Assembly: GCA_964016885.1 (NCBI GenBank)
Contig: OZ024742.1
Span: 162,006,001 to 162,070,000 of the forward strand
Length of the DNA stretch: 64,000 nucleotides
Direction: 5' to 3'
Source: Eledone cirrhosa
Lineage: Eukaryota
The notes beneath the pieces were generated by a model that was not told the DNA's origin, searched no databases, and saw only the letters and a list, made by a program, of their open reading frames with translations. The position numbers and the translations under genes were made by a program. Of this stretch, positions 22,400 through 37,300 are shown in pieces. How positions within the stretch are numbered: position 1 is the stretch's first letter; every line of letters begins with the position of its first letter.

Positions 22400-22657
22400 A
22401 TATCATCAGCTATCTGCTGGGAATCGCCACAATTTTGCTCATGCAGAACTGATTTGGGTTTGCTTTCTACAGCTGGATGCCCTTCCTGATGCCAACCACA
22501 TTTACAATGTGGACTGGGTGCTTTTTGTCATGACACCTACACATCCACTTTACAGTGTGGGCTGGGTGCTTTTTGTCATGACATCTACAAGACCACTTTA
22601 CAGTGTAGACTGGGTGCTTTTTGTCATGACACCTACACAACCACTTTACAGTGTGGG

Positions 22658-22659
<2 letters not shown>
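22400..22659 (-). mobile_element. SINE family A with ~3 copies of the 48-bp unit
   Basis: ctggatgcccttcctgatgccaaccacatttaca followed by reverse-complement 48-mers, as at 10.5 kb. Confidence 0.8.
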
Positions 22660-22713
<54 letters not shown>

Positions 22714-22730
22714 GTGCGTGTGTGCGTGTG

Positions 22731-22770
<40 letters not shown>

Positions 22771-22795
22771 AGCGAGCGAGCGTGCGTGCGTGCGC
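22659..22795 (+). repeat. Compound (TG)n(TGCG)n microsatellite
   Basis: Directly visible. Confidence 0.97.
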
Positions 22796-22882
22796 AATAC
22801 TTATGTTTCAGGGAGTGTTCTGAGCAAAAAAAAAAATCTCAAATTTTCAATGCCCTAGGGACCGCATTAGGTGATTTAGCAA

Positions 22883-23557
22883 TCTCTCTATAATTCTTAG
22901 TCTTTCTCTTTTTAGATAGATACATACATATAACGTTGCGCCCTTATAATATCTGTCTGTCTGCATTACGTCACTTCCCTGAGAATGTCTGTCTGTCTGT
23001 GTGTGAGTTTGAATCCCTAAAACTTGAAAAGTACCCAACCGACTGTGTCAGGGAGTGTTATGCACACAAAAAATTCAACTTTTTGATCCCCTGGGGCCTG
23101 CATTAGGTGAAAAACTGCATTTTTTCAGGTTTTTAGAGGGTTTTTTTTAGGCATTACGTCAGACTGATTTCCTTGAAATTGTAACTATGTATTAGTCAGT
23201 CTCTTCTTCATACCATGAGCAAAGAAAATCCAACTTTTTTATGGCCTAGGGCCCCCATTAGGTGAAAAACTTCATTTTTTCTGCTTTTTAGGGCTTTTTT
23301 GAGGCGTTACGTCTAGCCAATTTTCCCGAAATTTCAAGGCATATTATGCACATAAAAAAAATTCATTTTCTTGATCCCCTAGGGCCTTCATTTTTTCTGC
23401 TTGGTCGAGGAAAATCTTAAAGATTATCCAGCCATCAGACTATTCGGTTTATTTTTTTTACATATTGTCCAGGCATGCAGTTTTTCCACGATTAGGTCTG
23501 TTGGCGGCCAGCATTCCAAAATCCCTTATCCCGTGCAACGCCGGGTACCACTGCTAG
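22883..23557 (+). mobile_element. Non-autonomous Helitron (5' boundary uncertain)
   Basis: Canonical 3' end: hairpin CCCG-tgcaacgc-CGGG (23530-23545), 8 nt, CTAG (23554-23557), then target T. Candidate 5' end A|TCTCTCTATA at 22883. Internal (gtct)n and repeated 'ccct(a/g)ggg...cattaggtgaaaaact' modules. Confidence 0.75.
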
Positions 23558-23764
23558 TATGTTATAAGATATTAAATATTGTTGTTTCTGTAACAATATC
23601 GTTGAGAGTATGCTCTGATTAATGGTTTTTTCACATTTAATTTTATGAATAATCAGTAATCCTACAGAGCTTCTGACTACCAGACTGACTAGGACCTGAT
23701 ATACAAGGTGTATTTTATTGTGGCACCTACACTAGGAAAGTCGTCATGTACAAAGGGTGGTGGT

Positions 23765-23967
23765 GGTTATGGCTGGTGGGTCAGGATTTAGTGGGGTGAC
23801 AGTGGCTATGGCCAGTGGGGTGACAGTGGCTATGGCCAGTGGGTCAGTGTTTAGGGGATGATAGTGGCTATGGCCAGAGTTTAGGGGGTGACAGTGGCTA
23901 TGGCCATTGGGTCAAGGTTTAGGGCGTGACAGTAGCTATGACCAGTGGGTCAGGGTTTAGGGGGTGA
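23765..23967 (+). repeat. Irregular ~21-38-bp G-rich tandem repeat
   Basis: gtgacagtggctatggccagtggg...tttagggg units, 5-6 copies. Confidence 0.85.
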
Positions 23968-24874
23968 TCTAGAGAAGAGTGGGTGAGCAGTGACCCAGGA
24001 TAGAGTGTGACTATTAGAATTTGAGAGGGTGGAGGTGATCCTGGATAGAATAGAGATGTACAGTGATGCTGAATATAGCTACTACAGAGACAGGGGTAAT
24101 AGGTTGTGGAGGCATGAAGGGATGGAGGTGCAGTGATAGTGGGGGTAGGGCAATAAGTAGAAATGGTCAGATAAGGTCTAGTTTTAAGCTAGTAGCCAGG
24201 TCTTCACCAACACAGTGTAGCACCAGCCTTGTAATTATTTGTCATATCTGATGAGAGGTTCAGCTTTTAAAGGTCAGTTCTCACTACTTTATCTCAAGTC
24301 TTCCCTGATCTGATTTTTACACGAGTTCCATCCACTGAGACTTCTCCGTTATCCTCCATACACATCATCATCATCAATTAACGTCTATCTTCTACGCTAG
24401 CATTGGTTAGACATCACTTGTCCATACCAACGCAGTCTTGATATATAAAGGTTAACATAGGTTTCTTATAAAAGAGTTTTCCCTCTTATTCTTACCATCT
24501 CTCTTATCATTTAACGACCATTTTCCAGCTTACAGAGTATTTAGCTAGATTAAAAATCTCAATAGTCTATGCTGATCACGTTCTCTACTTAACTTGTGCC
24601 TGAATCCAAGACAAATCTTCCCAATCAATATAATCTCTTTCTATTTCATCCAGTGGTATGCTCTGGGGAATAATTGGTCCAATAGATTCTTTACTAAATA
24701 TTGATATTACAGTTGTATAACAATGCTGAGCTTGTAATGAGATATTAACAAGGAGTGAAAGAGAAAGCCAAGAATACAGAAGAAATCAGAGGCAAAGTAA
24801 GGATCAATTTACTCGGATTTACTTCAGCTTGCAATCATTACTCACATGCAATAACAGATACACAGCAAGCTAAT

Positions 24875-25395
24875 TCTTTTATTCTCATTTCAGTCATTAG
24901 ACTATAGCTATGCTGACGACCTATATTAACCCTTTTGTCACCATGTTTCTAATGAAATACACTTTATTTCAATTAATTAATGACAAATTTAGAGAAATTT
25001 ACTAAAAATATTAATTATTTCAGTAGTAAGGTAGGAACTTTGTTTTTCTATAGAATCATGTTGAGAGATTTTAATTAAAGAAGAACTCTTTAAAATAAAT
25101 GGTTTTATTTCATAGAGCCAGAGACATTTTGGGAAAGTTGTTATCAACAGGGTTAACATAGGTTTCTTATATAAAATCGTGCTGGAAGAATTTTTGATTT
25201 AAATAGGAACCTATAAAGTTGGATGGTTTTGTTTCATAGAACAACAGCTGGTTTGGGTAGGGTTGCTATCAAAATGTTAAAGGGATCTAGTCAATCACAC
25301 TGCCCCAAGTACTTATTTTGTCAAGCTTGCTATGTATTTTCCCAATCCCTTTTTATTTTTCATTAGAACTGATAAGTTACTGGACATGCGCACAC
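24875..25395 (-). mobile_element. Decayed SINE interrupted by a TTAA MITE (24926-25156) and truncated by the satellite
   Basis: tttcagtcattagactatagctatgctg ... [ttaacccttttgtcacc...caacagggttaa] ... ccccaagtacttatttt...aagttactggacatgcgcacac resembles a common octopus SINE, recalled from memory. Confidence 0.5.
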
Positions 25396-28300
25396 ACTAC
25401 TAGCCGCTACAACCCGAAACTAAACAACTAGCCTCTCTCTACAGACACAAACTAAACTACTAGCCTCAACAGACCCAAACTAAACTACTAGCCTCTCTCC
25501 ACAGACCCAAACTAAATTACTAGCTCTCTACAGATCCAAACTAAACTACTAACTCTACAGACCCAAACTAAACTACTAGCCTCTCTACAGACCCAAACTA
25601 AACTACTAGCCTCTCCACAGACCCAAACTAAACTACTAGCCTCTCTCCACAGACGCAAACTAAACTACTAGCTCTCTACAGACCCAAACTAAATTACTAG
25701 CCTCTCTACAGACCCAAACTAAACTACTAGCTCTCTACAGACCCAAACTAAACTACTAGCTCTCTACAGACCCAAACTAAACTACTAGCTCTCTACAGAC
25801 CCAAACTAAACTACTAGCTCTCTACAGACCCAAACTAAACTACTAGCCTCTCTCTACAGACCCAAACTAAATTACTAGCCTCTCTACAGACCCAAACTAA
25901 ACTACTAGCTCTCTACAGACCCAAACTAAACTACTAGCCTCAACAGACCCAAACTAAACTACTAGCTCTCTACAGAACCAAACTAAACTACTAGCTCTCT
26001 ACAGACCCAAACTAAACTACTAGCTCTCTACAGACCCAAACTAAACTACTAGCTCTCTACAGATCCAAACTAAACTACTAGCCTCAACAGACCCAAACTA
26101 AACTACTAGCTCACAACAGACCCAAACTAAACTACGAGCTCTCTACAGACCCAAACTAAACTACTAGCTTTCTACAGACCCAAACTAAACTACTAGCTGT
26201 CTACAGACCCAAACTAAACTACTAGCCTCTCTACAGACCCAAACTAAACTACTAGCCTCTCTACAGACCCAAACTAAACTACTAGCCTCGCTCCACAGAC
26301 CCAAACTAAACTACTAGCTCTCTACAGACCCAAACTAAATTACTAGCCTCTCTACAGACCCAAACTAAACTACTAGCTCTCTACAGACCCAAACTAAACT
26401 ACTAGCTCTCAACAGACCCAAACTAAACAACTAGCTCTCTACAGACCCAAACTAAACTACTAGCTCTCTACAGACCCAAACTAAACTACTAGCCTCTCTC
26501 TACAGACCCAGACTAAATTACTAGCCTCTCTACAGACCCAAACTAAACTACTAGCTCTCCACAGACCCAAACTAAACTACTAGCTCTCTACAGACCCAAA
26601 CTAAACTACTAGCCTCAACAGACCCAAACTAAACAACTAGCTCTCTACAGACCCAAACTAAACTACTAGCTCTCTACAGACTCAAACTAAACTACTAGCT
26701 CTCTACAGACCCAAACTAAACTACTAGTCTCAACAGACCCAAACTAAACTACTAGTTCTCTACAGACCCAGACTAAACTACTAGCTCTATACAGACCCAA
26801 ACTAAACTACTAGCTCTCTACAGACCCAAACTAAACTACTAGCTCTCTACAGACCCAAACTAAACTACTAGCCTCAACAGACCCAAACTAAACTACTAGC
26901 TCTCTACAGACCCAAACTAAACTACTAGCTCTCAACAGACCCAAACTAAACTACTAGCTCTCAACAGACCCAAACTAAACTACTAGCTCTCTACAGACCC
27001 AAACTAAACTACTAGCTCTCTACAGACCCAAACTAAACTACTAGCTCTCAACAGACCCAAACTAAACTACTAGCTCTCTACAGACCCAAACTAAACTACT
27101 AGCCTCTCTACAGACCCAAACTAAACTACTAGCCTCTCTACAGACCCAAACTAAACTACTAGCTCTCTACAGACCCAAACTAAACTACTAGCCTCCACAG
27201 ACCCAAACTAAACTACTAGCTCTCAACAGACCCAAACTAAACTACTAGCTCTCTACAGACCCAAACTAAACTACTAGCTCTCTACAGACCCAAACTAAAC
27301 TACTAGCTCTCTACAGACCCAAACTAAACTACTAGCCTCTCTACAGACCCAAACTAAACTACTAGCTCTCTACAGACCCAAACTAAACTACTAGCCTCTC
27401 TACAGACCCAAACTAAACTACTAGCCTCTCTCCACAGACCCAAACTAAACTACTAGCTCTCTACAGACCGAAACTAAATTACTAGCCTCTCTACAGACCC
27501 AAACTAAACTACTAGCTCTCTACAGACCCAAACTAAACTACTAGCCTCAACAGACCCAAACTAAACTACTAGCTCTCTACAGACCCAAACTAAACTACTA
27601 GCTCTCTACAGACCCAAACTAAACTACTAGCTCTCTACAGACCCAAACTAAACTACTAGCTCTCTACAGACCCAAACTAAACTACTAGCCTCAACAGACC
27701 CAAACTAAACTACTAGCCTCTACAGACCCAAACTAAACTACTAGTTCTCTACAGACCCAAACTAAACTACTAGCTCTCTACAGACCCAAACTAAACTACT
27801 AGCTCTCTACAGACCCAAACTAAACTACTAGCCTCAACAGACCCAAACTAAACTACTAGCTCTGTACAGACCCAAACTAAACTACTAGCCTCAACAGACC
27901 CAAACTAAACTACTAGCTCTCTACAGACCCAAACTAAACTGCTAGCTCTCAACAGACCCAAACTAAACTACTAGCTCTCAACAGACCCAAAATAAACTAC
28001 TAGCTCTCTACAGACCCAAACTAAACTACTAGCTCTCTACAGACCCAAACAAAACTACTAGCCTCAACAGACCCAAACTAAACTACTATCTCTCAACAGA
28101 CCCAAACTAAACTACTAGCTCTCTACAGACCCAAACTAAACTACTAGCCTCCACAGACCCAAAATAAACTACTAGCTCTCAACAGACCCAAACTAAACTA
28201 CTAGCTCTCTACAGACCCAAACTAAACTACTAGCCTCCACAGACCCAAAATAAACTACTAGCTCTCAACAGACCCAAACTAAACTACTAGCTCTCAACAG

Positions 28301-31300
28301 ACCCAAACTAAACTACTAGCCTCTCTACAGACCCTAACTAAACTACTAGCCTCTCTACAGACCCAAACTAAACTACTAGCCTCTCTCCACAGACCCAAAC
28401 TAAACTACTAGCTCTCTACAGACCCAAACTAAATTACTAGCCTCTCTACAGACCCAAATTAAACTACTAGCTCTCTACAGACCCAAACTAAACTACTAGC
28501 TCTCAACAGACTCAAACTAAACTACTAGCTCTCTACAGACCCAAACTAAACTACTAGCCTCTCTACAGACCCAAACTAAACTACTAGCTCTCTACAGACC
28601 CAAACTAAACTACTAGCCTCTCTACAGACCCAAACTAAACTACTAGCCTCTCTCCACAGACCCAAACTAAACTACTAGCTCTCTACAGACCCAAACTAAA
28701 CTACTAGCCTCAACAGACCCAAACTAAACTACTAGCTCTCTACAGACCCAAACTAAACTACTAGCTCTCTACAGACCCAAACTAAACTACTAGCTCTCTA
28801 CAGACCCAAACTAAACTACTAGCCTCAACAGACCCAAACTAAACTACTAGCTCTCTACAGACCCAAACTAAACTACTAGCTCTCTACAGACCCAAACTAA
28901 ACTACTAGCTCTCTACAGCCCCAAACTAAACTACTAGCTCTCAACAGACCCAAACTAAACTACTAGCCTCTCTACAGACCCTAACTAAACTACTAGCCTC
29001 TCTACAGACCCAAACTAAACTACTAGCCTCTCTCCACAGACCCAAACTAAACTACTAGCTCTCTACAGACCCAAACTAAATTACTAGCCTCTCTACAGAC
29101 CCAAATTAAACTACTAGCTCTCTACAGACCCAAACTAAACTACTAGCTCACAACAGACCCAAACTAAACTACGAGCTCTCTACAGACCCAAACTAAACTA
29201 CTAGCTTTCTACAGACCCAAACTAAACTACTAGCTCTCTACAGACCCAAACTAAACTAGTAGCCTCTCTACAGACCCAAACTAAACTACTAGCCTCTCTA
29301 CAGACCCAAACTAAACTACTAGCCTCGCTCCACAGACCCAAACTAAACTACTAGCTCTCTACAGACCCAAACTAAATTACTAGCTTCTCTACAGACCCAA
29401 ACTAAACTACTAGCTCTCTACAGACCCAAACTAAACTACTAGCTCTCAACAGACCCAAACTAAACAACTAGCTCTCTACAGACCCAAACTAAACTACTAG
29501 CTCTCTACAGACCCAAACTAAACTACTAGCCTCTCTCTACAGACCCAAACTAAATTACTAGCCTCTCTACAGACCCAAACTAAACTACTAGCTCTCCACA
29601 AACCCAAACTAAACTACTAGCTCTCTACAGACCCAAACTAAACTACTAGCCTCAACAGACCCAAACTAAACAACTAGCTCTCTACAGACCCAAACTAAAC
29701 TACTAGCTCTCTACAGACCCAAACTAAACTACTAGTCTCAACAGACCCAAACTAAACTACTAGTTCTCTACAGACCCAGACGAAACTACTAGCTCTATAC
29801 AGACCCAAACTAAACTACTAGCTCTCTACAGACCCAAACTAAACTACTAGCTCTCTACAGACCCAAACTAAACTACTAGCCTCAACAGACCCAAACTAAA
29901 CTACTAGCTCTCTACAGACCCAAACTAAACTACTAGCTCTCAACAGACCCAAACTAAACTACTAGCTCTCAACAGACCCAAACTAAACTACTAGCTCTCT
30001 ACAGACCCAAACTAAACTACTAGCTCTCTACAGACCCAAACTAAACTACTAGCTCTCAACAGACCCAAACTAAACTACTAGCTCTCTACAGACCCAAACT
30101 AAACTACTAGCCTCTCTACAGACCCAAACTAAACTACTAGCCTCTCTACAGACCCAAACTAAACTACTAGCTCTCTACAGACCCAAACTAAACTACTAGC
30201 CTCCACAGACCCAAACTAAACTACTAGCTCTCAACAGACCCAAACTAAACTACTAGCTCTCTACAGACCCAAACTAAACTACTAGCTCTCTACAGACCCA
30301 AACTAAACTACTAGCTCTCTACAGACCCAAACTAAACTACTAGCCTCTCTACAGACCCAAACTAAACTACTAGCTCTCTACAGACCCAAACTAAACTACT
30401 AGCCTCTCTACAGACCCAAACTAAACTACTAGCCTCTCTCCACAGACCCAAACTAAACTACTAGCTCTCTACAGACCGAAACTAAATTACTAGCCTCTCT
30501 ACAGACCCAAACTAAACTACTAGCTCTCTACAGACCCAAACTAAACTACTAGCCTCAACAGACCCAAACTAAACTACTAGCTCTCTACAGACCCAAACTA
30601 AACTACGAGCTCTCTACAGACCCAAACTAAACTACTAGCTCTCTACAGACCCAAACTAAACTACTAGCTCTCTACAGACCCAAACTAAACTACTAGCCTC
30701 AACAGACCCAAACTAAACTACTAGCCTCTACAGACCCAAACTAAACTACTAGTTCTCTGCAGACCCAAACTAAACTACTAGCTCTCTATAGACCCAAACT
30801 AAACTACTAGCTCTCTACAGACCCAAACTAAACTACTAGCCTCAACAGACCCAAACTAAACTACTAGCTCTATACAGACCCAAACTAAACTACTAGCCTC
30901 AACAGACCCAAACTAAACTACTAGCTCTCTACAGACCCAAACTAAACTGCTAGCTCTCAACAGACCCAAACTAAACTACTAGCTCTCTAGAGACCCAAAC
31001 TAAACTACTAGCCTCCACAGACCCAAAATAAACTACTAGCTCTCAACAGACCCAAACTAAACTACTAGCTCTCTACAGACCCAAACTAAACTACTAGCCT
31101 CCACAGACCCAAAATAAACTACTAGCTCTCTACAGACCCAAACTAAACTACTAGCTCTCAACAGACCCAGACTAAACTACTAGCCTCTCTACAGACCCTA
31201 ACTAAACTACTAGCCTCTCTACAGACCCAAACTAAACTACTAGCCTCTCTCCACAGACCCAAACTAAACTACTAGCTCTCTACAGACCCAAACTAAATTA

Positions 31301-34300
31301 CTAGCCTCTCTACAGACCCAAATTAAACTACTAGCTCTCTACAGACCCAAACTAAACTACTAGCTCTCAACAGACCCAAACTAAACTACTAGCTCTCTAC
31401 AGACCCAAACTAAACTACTAGCCTCTCTACAGACCCAAACTAAACTACTAGCTCTCTACAGACCCAAACTAAACTACTAGCCTCTCTACAGACCCAAACT
31501 AAACTACTAGCCTCTCTCCACAGACCCAAACTAAACTACTAGCTCTCTACAGACCCAAACTAAATTACTAGCCTCTCTACAGACCCAAACTAAACTACTA
31601 GCTCTCTACAGACCCAAACTAAACTACTAGCCTCAACAGACCCAAACTAAACTACTAGCTTTCTACAGACCCAAACTAAACTACTAGCTGTCTACAGACC
31701 CAAACTAAACTACTAGCCTCTCTACAGACCCAAACTAAACTACTAGCCTCTCTACAGACCCAAACTAAACTACTAGCCTCGCTCCACAGACCCAAACTAA
31801 ACTACTAGCTCTCTACAGACCCAAACTAAATTACTAGCCTCTCTACAGACCCAAACTAAACTACTAGCTCTCTACAGACCCAAACTAAACTACTAGCTCT
31901 CAACAGACCCAAACTAAACAACTAGCTCTCTACAGACCCAAACTAAACTACTAGCTCTCTACAGACCCAAACTAAACTACTAGCCTCTCTCTACAGACCC
32001 AAACTAAATTACTAGCCTCTCTACAGACCCAAACTAAACTACTAGCTCTCCACAGACCCAAACTAAACTACTAGCTCTCTTCAGACCCAAACTAAACTAC
32101 TAGCCTCAACAGACCCAAACTAAACAACTAGCTCTCTACAGACCCAAACTAAACTACTAGCTCTCTACAGACTCAAACTAAACTACTAGCTCTCTACAGA
32201 CCCAAACTAAACTACTAGTCTCAACAGACCCAAACTAAACTACTAGTTCTCTACAGACCCAGACTAAACTACTAGCTCTATACAGACCCAAACTAAACTA
32301 CTAGCTCTCTACAGACCCAAACTAAACTACTAGCTCTCTACAGACCCAAACTAAACTACTAGCCTCAACAGACCCAAACTAAACTACTAGCTCTCTACAG
32401 ACCCAAACTAAACTACTAGCTCTCAACAGACCCAAACTAAACTACTAGCTCTCAACAGACCCAAACTAAACTACTAGCTCTCTACAGACCCAAACTAAAC
32501 TACTAGCTCTCTACAGACCCAAACTAAACTACTAGCTCTCAACAGACCCAAACTAAACTACTAGCTCTCTACAGACCCAAACTAAACTACTAGCCTCTCT
32601 ACAGACCCAAACTAAACTACTAGCCTCTCTACAGACCCAAACTAAACTACTAGCTCTCTACAGACCCAAACTAAACTACTAGCCTCCACAGACCCAAACT
32701 AAACTACTAGCTCTCAACAGACCCAAACTAAACTACTAGCTCTCTACAGACCCAAACTAAACTACTAGCTCTCTACAGACCCAAACTAAACTACTAGCTC
32801 TCTACAGACCCAAACTAAACTACTAGCCTCTCTACAGACCCAAACTAAACTACTAGCTCTCTACAGACCCAAACTAAACTACTAGCCTCTCTACAGACCC
32901 AAACTAAACTACTAGCCTCTCTCCACAGACCCAAACTAAACTACTAGCTCTCTACAGACCGAAACTAAATTACTAGCCTCTCTACAGACCCAAACTAAAC
33001 TACTAGCTCTCTACAGACCCAAACTAAACTACTAGCCTCAACAGACCCAAACTAAACTACTAGCTCTCTACAGACCCAAACTAAACTACTAGCTCTCTAC
33101 AGACCCAAACTAAACTACTAGCTCTCTACAGACCCAAACTAAACTACTAGCCTCAACAGACCCAAACTAAACTACTAGCCTCTACAGACCCAAACTAAAC
33201 TACTAGTTCTCTACAGACCCAAACTAAACTACTAGCTCTCTACAGACCCAAACTAAACTACTAGCTCTCTACAGACCCAAACTAAACTACTAGCTCTCTA
33301 CAGACCCAAACTAAACTACTAGCCTCAACAGACCCAAACTAAACTACTAGCTCTGTACAGACCCAAAGTAAACTACTAGCCTCAACAGACCCAAACTAAA
33401 CTACTAGCTCTCTACAGACCCAAACTAAACTGCTAGCTCTCAACAGACCCAAACTAAACTACTAGCTCTCAACAGACCCAAAATAAACTACTAGCTCTCT
33501 ACAGACCCAAACTAAACTACTAGCTCTCTACAGACCCAAACAAAACTACTAGCCTCAACAGACCCAAACTAAACTACTATCTCTCAACAGACCCAAACTA
33601 AACTACTAGCTCTCTACAGACCCAAACTAAACTACTAGCCTCCACAGACCCAAAATAAACTACTAGCTCTCAACAGACCCAAACTAAACTACTAGCTCTC
33701 TACAGACCCAAACTAAACTACTAGCCTCCACAGACCCAAAATAAACTACTAGCTCTCAACAGACCCAAACTAAACTACTAGCTCTCAACAGACCCAAACT
33801 AAACTACTAGCCTCTCTACAGACCCTAACTAAACTACTAGCCTCTCTACAGACCCAAACTAAACTACTAGCCTCTCTCCACAGACCCAAACTAAACTACT
33901 AGCTCTCTACAGACCCAAACTAAATTACTAGCCTCTCTACAGACCCAAATTAAACTACTAGCTCTCTACAGACCCAAACTAAACTACTAGCTCTCAACAG
34001 ACCCAAACTAAACTACTAGCTCTCTACAGACCCAAACTAAACTACTAGCCTCTCTACAGACCCAAACTAAACTACTAGCTCTCTACAGACCCAAACTAAA
34101 CTACTAGCCTCTGTACAGACCCAAACTAAACTACTAGCCTCTCTCCACAGACCCAAACTAAACTACTAGCTCTCTACAGACTCAAACTAAATTACTAGCC
34201 TCTCTACAGACCCAAACTAAACTACTAGCTCTCTACAGACCCAAACTAAACTACTAGCCTCAACAGACCCAAACTAAACTACTAGCTCTCTACAGACCCA

Positions 34301-37300
34301 AACTAAACTACTAGCTCTCTACAGACCCAAACTAAACTACTAGCTCTCTACAGACCCAAACTAAACTACTAGCCTCTCTACAGACCCTAACTAAACTACT
34401 AGCCTCTCTACAGACCCAAACTAAACTACTAGCTCTCTACAGACCCAAACTAAACTACTAGCTCTCAACAGACCCAAACTAAACTACTAGCCTCTCTACA
34501 GACCCTAACTAAACTACTAGCCTCTCTACAGACCCAAACTAAACTACTAGCCTCTCTCCACAGACCCAAACTAAACTACTAGCTCTCTACAGACCCAAAC
34601 TAAATTACTAGCCTCTCTACAGACCCAAATTAAACTACTAGCTCTCTACAGACCCAAACTAAACTACTAGCTCACAACAGACCCAAACTAAACTACGAGC
34701 TCTCTACAGACCCAAACTAAACTACTAGCTTTCTACAGACCCAAACTAAACTACTAGCTCTCTACAGACCCAAACTAAACTACTAGCCTCTCTACAGACC
34801 CAAACTAAACTACTAGCCTCTCTACAGACCCAAACTAAACTACTAGCCTCGCTCCACAGACCCAAACTAAACTACTAGCTCTCTACAGACCCAAACTAAA
34901 TTACTAGCTTCTCTACAGACCCAAACTAAACTACTAGCTCTCTACAGACCCAAACTAAACTACTAGCTCTCAACAGACCCAAACTAAACAACTAGCTCTC
35001 TACAGACCCAAACTAAACTACTAGCTCTCTACAGACCCAAACTAAACTACTAGCCTCTCTCTACAGACCCAAACTAAATTACTAGCCTCTCTACAGACCC
35101 AAACTAAACTACTAGCTCTCCACAGACCCAAACTAAACTACTAGCTCTCTACAGACCCAAACTAAACTACTAGCCTCAACAGACCCAAACTAAACAACTA
35201 GCTCTCTACAGACCCAAACTAAACTACTAGCTCTCTACAGACCCAAACTAAACTACTAGTCTCAACAGACCCAAACTAAACTACTAGTTCTCTACAGACC
35301 CAGACGAAACTACTAGCTCTATACAGACCCAAACTAAACTACTAGCTCTCTACAGACCCAAACTAAACTACTAGCTCTCTACAGACCCAAACTAAACTAC
35401 TAGCCTCAACAGACCCAAACTAAACTACTAGCTCTCTACAGACCCAAACTAAACTACTAGCTCTCAACAGACCCAAACTAAACTACTAGCTCTCAACAGA
35501 CCCAAACTAAACTACTAGCTCTCTACAGACCCAAACTAAACTACTAGCTCTCTACAGACCCAAACTAAACTACTAGCTCTCTACAGACCCAAACTAAACT
35601 ACTAGCCTCTCTACAGACCCAAACTAAACTACTAGCCTCTCTACAGACCCAAACTAAACTACTAGCTCTCTACAGACCCAAACTAAACTACTAGCCTCCA
35701 CAGACCCAAACTAAACTACTAGCTCTCAACAGACCCAAACTAAACTACTAGCTCTCTACAGACCCAAACTAAACTACTAGCTCTCTACAGACCCAAACTA
35801 AACTACTAGCTCTCTACAGACCCAAACTAAACTACTAGCTCTCTACAGACCCAAACTAAACTACTAGCCTCTCTACAGACCCAAACTAAACTACTAGCTC
35901 TCTACAGACCCAAACTAAACTACTAGCCTCTCTACAGACCCAAACTAAACTACTAGCCTCAACAGACCCAAACTAAACTACTAGCTCTCTACAGACCCAA
36001 ACTAAACTACGAGCTCTCTACAGACCCAAACTAAACTACTAGCTCTCTACAGACCCAAACTAAACTACTAGCTCTCTACAGACCCAAACTAAACTACTAG
36101 CCTCAACAGACCCAAACTAAACTACTAGCCTCTACAGACCCAAACTAAACTACTAGTTCTCTACAGACCCAAACTAAACTACTAGCTCTCTATAGACCCA
36201 AACTAAACTACTAGCTCTCTACAGACCCAAACTAAACTACTAGCCTCAACAGACCCAAACTAAACTACTAGCTCTATACAGACCCAAACTAAACTACTAG
36301 CCTCAACAGACCCAAACTAAACTACTAGCTCTCTACAGACCCAAACTAAACTGCTAGCTCTCAACAGACCCAAACTAAACTACTAGCTCTCTACAGACCC
36401 AAACTAAACTACTAGCCTCCACAGACCCAAAATAAACTACTAGCTCTCAACAGACCCAAACTAAACTACTAGCTCTCTACAGACCCAAACTAAACTACTA
36501 GCCTCCACAGACCCAAAATAAACTACTAGCTCTCTACAGACCCAAACTAAACTACTAGCTCTCAACAGACCCAGACTAAACTACTAGCCTCTCTACAGAC
36601 CCTAACTAAACTACTAGCCTCTCTACAGACCCAAACTAAACTACTAGCCTCTCTCCACAGACCCAAACTAAACTACTAGCTCTCTACAGACCCAAACTAA
36701 ATTACTAGCCTCTCTACAGACCCAAATTAAACTACTAGCTCTCTACAGACCCAAACTAAACTACTAGCTCTCAACAGACCCAAACTAAACTACTAGCTCT
36801 CTACAGACCCAAACTAAACTACTAGCCTCTCTACAGACCCAAACTAAACTACTAGCTCTCTACAGACCCAAACTAAACTACTAGCCTCTCTACAGACCCA
36901 AACTGAACTACTAGCCTCTCTCCACAGACCCAAACTAAACTACTAGCTCTCTACAGACCCAAACTAAATTACTAGCCCCTCTACAGACCCAAACTAAACT
37001 ACTAGCTCTCTACAGACCCAAACTAAACTACTAGCCTCAACAGACCCAAACTAAACTACTAGCTCTCTACAGACCCAAACTAAACTACTAGCTCTCTACA
37101 GACCCAAACTAAACTACTAGCTCTCTACAGACCCAAACTAAACTACTAGCTCTCTACAGACCCAAACTAAACTACTAGCCTCAACAGATCCAAACTAAAC
37201 TACTAGCCTCTACAGACCCAAACTAAACTACTAGTTCTCTACAGACCCAAACTAAACTACTAGCTCTCTACAGACCCAAACTAAACTACTAGCTCTCTAC

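Noticed and set aside
24248-24290. CTGATGA as a hammerhead core
   Set aside because: No stem II followed by GAAA downstream.
24496-24510. Minus-strand ATG ATA AGA GAG ATG|GTAAGA (MIREM) as the Ctr first exon
   Set aside because: The phase fits and it has an MxxxM, but it overlaps an RTE/SINE tail (ggaaaatggtcgttaaatgat) and has no independent support.
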